From Candidatus Nanopusillus sp. (GTDB lineage: Archaea > Nanobdellota > Nanobdellia > Nanobdellales > Nanobdellaceae), in NCBI GenBank assembly GCA_046536775.1, contig JAWDMD010000017.1:1-10325 (forward strand): DNA of 10,325 nucleotides, read 5' to 3'. This document shows positions 6,009-10,325 of this stretch, piece by piece. A model generated the notes under the pieces. That model saw only the letters and a program-made list of their open reading frames with translations, searched no databases and was not told the origin of the DNA. Both the position numbers and the translations under genes were made by a program. How positions within the stretch are numbered: the stretch's first letter is position 1; each line of letters begins with the position of its first letter.

Positions 6009-6869
6009 ATGGAAGATCTAAGAACTGGTTATCAAATTACCTGGTGTCCCGGATGTACGAACTTTGGTATATATACAGCAATAATTTCTACTTTAAAAGA
6101 ATTGGAATCTGAGGGCAAAATTGATAGAAGGAAGATTGTATTTGCATCAGGAATTGGATGCGCAGCAAAGATACATAATTATCTAAATTTAAGTTCATTT
6201 AGTGGATTACATGGTAGAGCACTACCATTAGGGGTTGGAATAAAGATGGGGAATCCAGAATTAACTGTTTTAGTATTTCAAGGAGATGGAGATACATATA
6301 ATGAGGGAATAGATCATTTTATTTCTTCATGTAAAGAAAATGCAGATGTGAAGTTATTTGTTCATAATAATCAGGTATTTGCATTAACAACGGCTCAACA
6401 TACATTTACAACTGAAGAAGGGTTCTATTCAAAATCTTTAGGTATGAAAGTATTTGAAAAACCATTAAATCCTATTGCATTGGCATTAGTATCTGGCGCT
6501 TCATTTGTTGCTAGGGGATATGCGTTATGGGTAGATCATCTAAAGTATATAATGAAGGAAGCAATATTATATAAGGGATTTGCATTTGTAGATATAATCC
6601 AACCATGTACTGTTCAGCATGATACAAGGAAATATTATGAAGCACATATGTATAAATTAGAAGACGTTGGACATAATCCAACAAATTTTGATGAAGCATT
6701 AAAAAAAGCTTTGGAATATGATTATACATTAAGAGAAGATGCAAAAATTCCTGTTGGTATATTTTATAAAGTATCAAGAACTACATTGCATGAGGGATTG
6801 AAGGTACAATCTTTTTATAAAATAAATAGAGAATTGAATTTAGATGTTTTGAGCCAAATAACTGTATAA
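6009..6869 (+). CDS. 2-oxoacid:ferredoxin oxidoreductase, beta (TPP-binding) subunit (pyruvate/2-oxoglutarate specificity not determinable)
   Basis: The N-terminus carries WCPGCTNFG (CxxC of the proximal 4Fe-4S cluster), with further conserved Cys in SGIGCAAK and IIQPCTV. The TPP motif is GDGD-x(24)-NN (FQGDGDTYNEGIDHF...LFVHNNQVFALTTAQ). The length of 286 aa is typical for beta subunits. Confidence 0.85.
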   Translation: MEDLRTGYQITWCPGCTNFGIYTAIISTLKELESEGKIDRRKIVFASGIGCAAKIHNYLNLSSFSGLHGRALPLGVGIKMGNPELTVLVFQGDGDTYNEGIDHFISSCKENADVKLFVHNNQVFALTTAQHTFTTEEGFYSKSLGMKVFEKPLNPIALALVSGASFVARGYALWVDHLKYIMKEAILYKGFAFVDIIQPCTVQHDTRKYYEAHMYKLEDVGHNPTNFDEALKKALEYDYTLREDAKIPVGIFYKVSRTTLHEGLKVQSFYKINRELNLDVLSQITV

Positions 6870-6872
6870 AAA
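6865..6872 (+). promoter_or_regulatory. TATA box TATAAAAA upstream of the KH-protein gene
   Basis: The octamer is centred 25-26 bp upstream of ATG 6894. It overlaps the TAA stop (6867-6869) of the OFOR beta gene. Confidence 0.45.
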
Positions 6873-6893
6873 TTTTTACAATATATATTGTTT

Positions 6894-7415
6894 ATGTATA
6901 CGTATGAGTTTGATATAAAGGGTATAAAAGTAAATGAACTTGAAAATTTATTGAAAGAGAGAAATATAAAATATAGCAGAAATAAAAATAAAATAATTAT
7001 TTATTATGAGGACTTTTATTTCTTATATAAATTTGATAAGTTTGTAAAAGGATTAAAGGCTGGTTTTGATATTAAAGAAATATTAAATATATTGGATAAT
7101 GATTGGGATATATTAGAAATTGATTTAAAACAAGTATTTGAAAAGAAAATGAACCATATAATTAGAGTAAAGGGAAGAATTATTGGAGAAGAAGGAAAGG
7201 TGTTGGAAGAATTAAGAAATAGGACAAATGCTGACATAATTATTAAAGATAAATATATATACATACTTGGAGATAGCATTTCTTTGCAATCAGCATATGA
7301 AGGAATAAAAAGAATAATAAAAGGGGAAAAACATAGTACGGTATTCAATTATTTGGATAAATATATAAAAAATTTAAGGAATAAAGATAGGGAATTCGCA
7401 AGATATATCAAATAA
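6894..7415 (+). CDS. KH-domain RNA-binding protein, archaeal Dim2/Pno1-like (COG1094-type)
   Basis: The C-terminal KH domain is RVKGRIIGEEGKVLEELRNRTNADIII..YIYILGD, followed by AYEGIKRIIKGEKHSTVFNYL, matching the archaeal Dim2-like pattern G..H..V(Y/F).(Y/F)L. Upstream, KAGFDIKEILNILDNDWDILEIDL resembles the linker of the first, degenerate KH unit. I place the start at ATG 6894, because the ORF-track start at 6888 is a TTG and the TATA-like box at 6865-6872 is 25-26 bp from 6894. Confidence 0.7.
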   Translation: MYTYEFDIKGIKVNELENLLKERNIKYSRNKNKIIIYYEDFYFLYKFDKFVKGLKAGFDIKEILNILDNDWDILEIDLKQVFEKKMNHIIRVKGRIIGEEGKVLEELRNRTNADIIIKDKYIYILGDSISLQSAYEGIKRIIKGEKHSTVFNYLDKYIKNLRNKDREFARYIK

Positions 7416-7417
7416 CA

Positions 7418-7427
7418 TTTTAAAATA
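7418..7427 (+). promoter_or_regulatory. TATA-like box TTTTAAAATA upstream of top6B
   Basis: The element is centred 25-26 bp upstream of ATG 7448, in a 32-bp gap. Confidence 0.45.
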
Positions 7428-7447
7428 TTAAAATAAATATTTTTTAA

Positions 7448-9190
7448 ATGAAAGAAAAAAGTAAACAAAATGTTCAAGAAAATGAATTATATAAAAAATT
7501 TAAAAGAATATCTGTGGCAGAATTTTTTGAAAGAAATAGACATCTACTAGGATTTGATAGTCCTAGAAAAGCACTGCTAATTGCAGTAAAGGAATATGTT
7601 GATAATTCATTAGATGCATGTGAAGAATATAAAATACTGCCAGATATAAAGGTTGAAATAGATAAATTAGAAGAAGATGTTTATGAGGTAACTGTAGAAG
7701 ATAATGGACCAGGTATACCATATGAAAATGTTCCAGAGATATTTGGTAGTTTTTTATTTGGTTCAAAGTTTCATAGATTTATATCAACAAGGGGAAAACA
7801 AGGCATAGGAGCCTCAGCAGTTACTTTATATTCACAACTTACAACAAAAGAACCTGTAGAGATTATTACAAAAATGAAAAATAAAGAAAAAGGAATAAGA
7901 TATAAAGTAAAGATTGACGTAAAAACAAATACTCCATTAATTGTAGAAAAAGAAGAAATTGAGATGAAAAAAGAGAGCGGAACAATTATAAAGGCAAAGA
8001 TAATGGGCCAGTATATAAAAGGTAAGCAATCTGTTGATGAATATATTAAATTAACCGCGTTGATAAATCCGCATGCAAATATAATTTATAAAAATCCAGA
8101 TGGAGAAAAATTTACTTATAAAAGAATAATAAATGAGATCCCAGAACTAAAAGAAGTAAAGCCACACCCTTATGGAATTGAATTAGGATATTTTGATAGA
8201 TTAATAAAAGAAACAGATGAAAAAACATTACTAAATTTTTTAACTAAAACATTTTCATCTGTAGGACAAAATACTGCAGTAGAAATACTAAAAAAAGCAA
8301 AAATAGATCCCGATACAGATCCGAAGAATTTAAATGACGATCAGATTATAAAGTTATATAATGCATTACAAAATGCAAGATTAAGAGCAATTCCATCAAA
8401 ATATATCGTAACTCTTGGTAGAGATATAATATTGAAGAGTATGGAAAATATACTTAAGCCAGAATACATGGCTGCAATAAGAAGAAAACCAGGATTGTAT
8501 AGAGGTATACCATTTATAGTAGAAGTTGGAATTGCATATGGTGGAGAAATGACTGAATTTCAATATTATAGATTTGCAAATAGAGTACCATTATTATATA
8601 AACCTGGAGAAGATGCAATAACACATGCATTAAGGGAAATTAATTGGAAACATTATGGATTCGAGATTGAAGGGGAATTTCCAAAAGATCCAATGGCAAT
8701 ATTGGTTCATGTTGCATCTGTTTGGTTACCATTTACTTCGGAATCAAAAGAAGCAATTGCACCATATGATGAAATAATAAGAGAGATTGAATTGGGAATT
8801 AAAAATGCTTTGAGAGAATTATCAATATATATTAAGAAAAAGAAAGCTTTAGAAACAATTGGTGATAAATATAAAAATTTATATGGATATGGATTAGAAA
8901 TTATAGATTCTTTAAGTTCTATATTAGATATTGAAAAACAAAATGTAGAAAAAAGAATAAAAGAAAGGATAAAGAAGGAATTAGTAAATGATATATATGA
9001 AATATTAAAATCTGTTAAAGAAGTAAAAACTTATTTAAAAGAAGGAAAAGAAGATAGAGCAGTAGCATTAATTAAAAATATGCTAAAAGATGCTGTAAAG
9101 GTCAATCTATTAAGTGAAAAAGAATTAGAGGATACAATAATAGAAGTAATAAATGATGCCAAAAAGAATAAGTTGAGCTTATTAAATTAA
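7448..9190 (+). CDS. top6B: DNA topoisomerase VI subunit B (GHKL ATPase)
   Basis: Bergerat-fold motifs are present: KEYVDNSLDA (N box), VEDNGPGIP (G1 box) and RGKQGIGAS (G2 box). An H2TH-like segment follows (FSSVGQNTAVEILKKAKIDP), then a transducer region with a long C-terminal helix. The gene lies directly upstream of top6A, which is the canonical order. Confidence 0.95.
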   Translation: MKEKSKQNVQENELYKKFKRISVAEFFERNRHLLGFDSPRKALLIAVKEYVDNSLDACEEYKILPDIKVEIDKLEEDVYEVTVEDNGPGIPYENVPEIFGSFLFGSKFHRFISTRGKQGIGASAVTLYSQLTTKEPVEIITKMKNKEKGIRYKVKIDVKTNTPLIVEKEEIEMKKESGTIIKAKIMGQYIKGKQSVDEYIKLTALINPHANIIYKNPDGEKFTYKRIINEIPELKEVKPHPYGIELGYFDRLIKETDEKTLLNFLTKTFSSVGQNTAVEILKKAKIDPDTDPKNLNDDQIIKLYNALQNARLRAIPSKYIVTLGRDIILKSMENILKPEYMAAIRRKPGLYRGIPFIVEVGIAYGGEMTEFQYYRFANRVPLLYKPGEDAITHALREINWKHYGFEIEGEFPKDPMAILVHVASVWLPFTSESKEAIAPYDEIIREIELGIKNALRELSIYIKKKKALETIGDKYKNLYGYGLEIIDSLSSILDIEKQNVEKRIKERIKKELVNDIYEILKSVKEVKTYLKEGKEDRAVALIKNMLKDAVKVNLLSEKELEDTIIEVINDAKKNKLSLLN

Positions 9191-9206
9191 CTTATAATAA
9201 AATAAA

Positions 9207-10325
9207 ATGGTCCAATATACAGAAAAATTATCTAGAGAAGAAGTTTTAGATAGAATAAAAAAGTTAGCTGATGAAATATATAATGAATTTTCTTCTGGAA
9301 ATCCATCAATAAAGCTTGCCGTAAGGGGTAATATAAAAAATATTGAATATGATGAAAAAAGGGATATAATTACTTTAAAAGAAAAAATTGGATCTAGGGA
9401 ATTCTTTAATTTGGGTCATGTAAGAAGATTTATGCAAACATTATTAGTTGCTTCTTTAGCAAAAAAATTAGTAGAAAATGATAAAACTGCAAGCTTAAGA
9501 GAAGTTTATTATCAATTAAAACATACAATACTAATATTAAATGTAAATACAATAGAAGAACAAGAAGAATCTGATGCAGTAATTGAAGATCTAGAAAGAG
9601 CAATAAAAGCAATAAGAGAACAATTTCATATAAAAGCTGAAGGAAGAGGTGCGATATATGGGGATATATATTTAAGGGATAGAAAAAGGGGTGATGAATG
9701 GAATTGTTCAAAATTGGGAAGAGGTGGTTGGAGTGTTCCATCAACAATTGAGGATATAGAAATTGGAGATGTAAATGCTGATTTTGTTTTAGTGGTTGAA
9801 AAAGAGGCAATGTTTGATAGGTTAATTGAAGAAAGATTTCCAGAAAAACATCGTGCAATATTAGTTACTAGTAAAGGTCAACCTCCAAGAGGTGTTAGAA
9901 GATTAATCCATAGACTAAGAAAGGAGAAAAATTTACCAGTTTATGTATTTACAGATGGAGATCCTTGGGGATTCTATATATATTCTGTAATTAAGAGGGG
10001 ATCTATGAATCTATCACAATTTTCTGAACTATTGGCTACACCAGATGTTAAATTTATAGGAATGACAATTGATGATATAGATGAATACGATCTAAGAAAG
10101 AAAGGAGCAGTAATAAAATTAAATCAAAGAGATATAAAAAGAATAAATGAAATAGCAAATTATCCCTGGTTTAAGAAATCCAAAGATTGGCAAAGACAAT
10201 TTAGAAAAATGTTAGATTATGGAATAAAAGTTGAGCAGGATGCATTAGCAGCAAATTCATTAGAGTTTGTTGCAGATAAATATTTACCAGATAAATTAGA
10301 ACATCTAGAAAAAATATTAAGTTAA
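9207..10325 (+). CDS. top6A: DNA topoisomerase VI subunit A (Spo11 homologue)
   Basis: The catalytic-Tyr region in the winged-helix domain is ASLREVYYQLKH. Toprim motifs are VVEKEAMF (Glu) and VFTDGDPWG (DxD). The 372-aa ORF is complete and ends with TAA exactly at the window edge. A 16-bp gap after top6B implies co-transcription. Confidence 0.95.
   Translation: MVQYTEKLSREEVLDRIKKLADEIYNEFSSGNPSIKLAVRGNIKNIEYDEKRDIITLKEKIGSREFFNLGHVRRFMQTLLVASLAKKLVENDKTASLREVYYQLKHTILILNVNTIEEQEESDAVIEDLERAIKAIREQFHIKAEGRGAIYGDIYLRDRKRGDEWNCSKLGRGGWSVPSTIEDIEIGDVNADFVLVVEKEAMFDRLIEERFPEKHRAILVTSKGQPPRGVRRLIHRLRKEKNLPVYVFTDGDPWGFYIYSVIKRGSMNLSQFSELLATPDVKFIGMTIDDIDEYDLRKKGAVIKLNQRDIKRINEIANYPWFKKSKDWQRQFRKMLDYGIKVEQDALAANSLEFVADKYLPDKLEHLEKILS

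Noticed and set aside
6888-6893. TTG start at 6888 for the KH protein, and GTG start at 2545 for the signal peptidase (the ORF-track maxima).
   Set aside because: ATG codons lie 2 and 7 codons downstream respectively. These fit the TATA spacing of about 26 bp (6894) or the recurrent 8-nt overlap junction (2524). Non-ATG starts remain possible but are less parsimonious.
7016-7348. A 110-aa antisense ORF inside the KH-protein gene. Similar antisense ORFs lie at 3016-3243 (+), 4067-4327 (-), 6511-6777 (-) and 7563-7766 (-).
   Set aside because: Each is fully nested antisense to a gene with clear family motifs or TM architecture. Each has a low-complexity or biased translation and lacks a TATA-like box at about -26. 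They are best explained as shadow ORFs.
8850-9190. A K/E-rich helical C-terminal tail of Top6B of about 100 residues (IEKQNVEKRIKERIKKEL...), considered as a possible extra domain or fused protein.
   Set aside because: Top6B C-terminal regions vary considerably in length among archaea. The tail is continuous with the transducer helix, with no internal start, promoter or domain signature. I consider it ordinary family variation.
9690-9780. C/D-box sRNA-like signals: GTGATGA (a perfect C box) at 9690-9696 with a CTGA at 9777-9780, and ATGATGA near 9348-9354.
   Set aside because: The C-to-D spacing of about 85 nt is longer than typical archaeal C/D sRNAs. I could find no internal C'/D' pair or terminal stem. 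Both sites lie in frame within conserved top6A coding sequence (for example GDEW), and the second site has no CTGA within range.
9430-9858. A 142-aa antisense ORF inside top6A. This is surprisingly long for a stop-rich AT genome and might have suggested an overlapping gene.
   Set aside because: It lies entirely antisense to a strongly supported, motif-rich gene. The sense strand here is dominated by purine-rich codons (GAA, AAA, AAG, AGA), whose complements (TTC, TTT, CTT, TCT) cannot form stops, which explains the open frame. The product is low-complexity Leu/Phe/Gln-rich sequence with no recognisable motif or promoter.
1-10325. Search for tRNA, rRNA or other structured RNA genes (GC-rich islands in AT-rich DNA), CRISPR repeats, long direct or inverted repeats, and integrase or transposase remnants.
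   Set aside because: The only GC-enriched patches (for example 408-424 and 4144-4166) encode conserved peptide motifs (RPPGHH and LPGVSRSG). The intergenic gaps of 16-57 bp are too short for RNA genes. By eye I saw no periodic repeats or mobile-element genes. A computational repeat and covariance-model scan would be needed to exclude small elements rigorously.

Overview
This is a very AT-rich window (about a quarter G+C by eye, not computed) with almost no non-coding space, and it is clearly archaeal. I support 11 protein-coding genes. On the + strand: an HDAC/AcuC-family deacetylase overlapping a compact GH1 beta-glycosidase. On the - strand: a polytopic membrane protein, transcription factor S (TFS), and an archaeal Sec11-type signal peptidase. 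On the + strand again: undecaprenyl/dolichyl-diphosphatase UppP, a sequon-dense type-I surface protein, a lone 2-oxoacid:ferredoxin oxidoreductase beta subunit, a Dim2/Pno1-like KH protein, and topoisomerase VI subunits B and A. Intergenic gaps are 16-57 bp, two gene pairs overlap by 8 nt, and one convergent pair overlaps by 30 nt. Every gap long enough carries a TATA-like octamer about 26 bp upstream of the ATG, and no Shine-Dalgarno motifs are visible, which suggests leaderless transcripts. I found no tRNA, rRNA, CRISPR array, transposase, integrase or long repeat. The composition and compaction suggest a reduced archaeal genome, possibly DPANN/Nanoarchaeota-like, but that is a guess. I do not see a discrete, clearly novel multi-gene system such as a defence island; most of the window is housekeeping. 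The points most worth a second look are: the coupled deacetylase + minimal GH1 pair; the envelope/glycosylation neighbourhood (signal peptidase with an insertion, UppP motif variant, two sequon-rich membrane proteins); the orphan OFOR beta subunit; and a 52-bp divergent intergenic region with a single central TATA element equidistant from both start codons.
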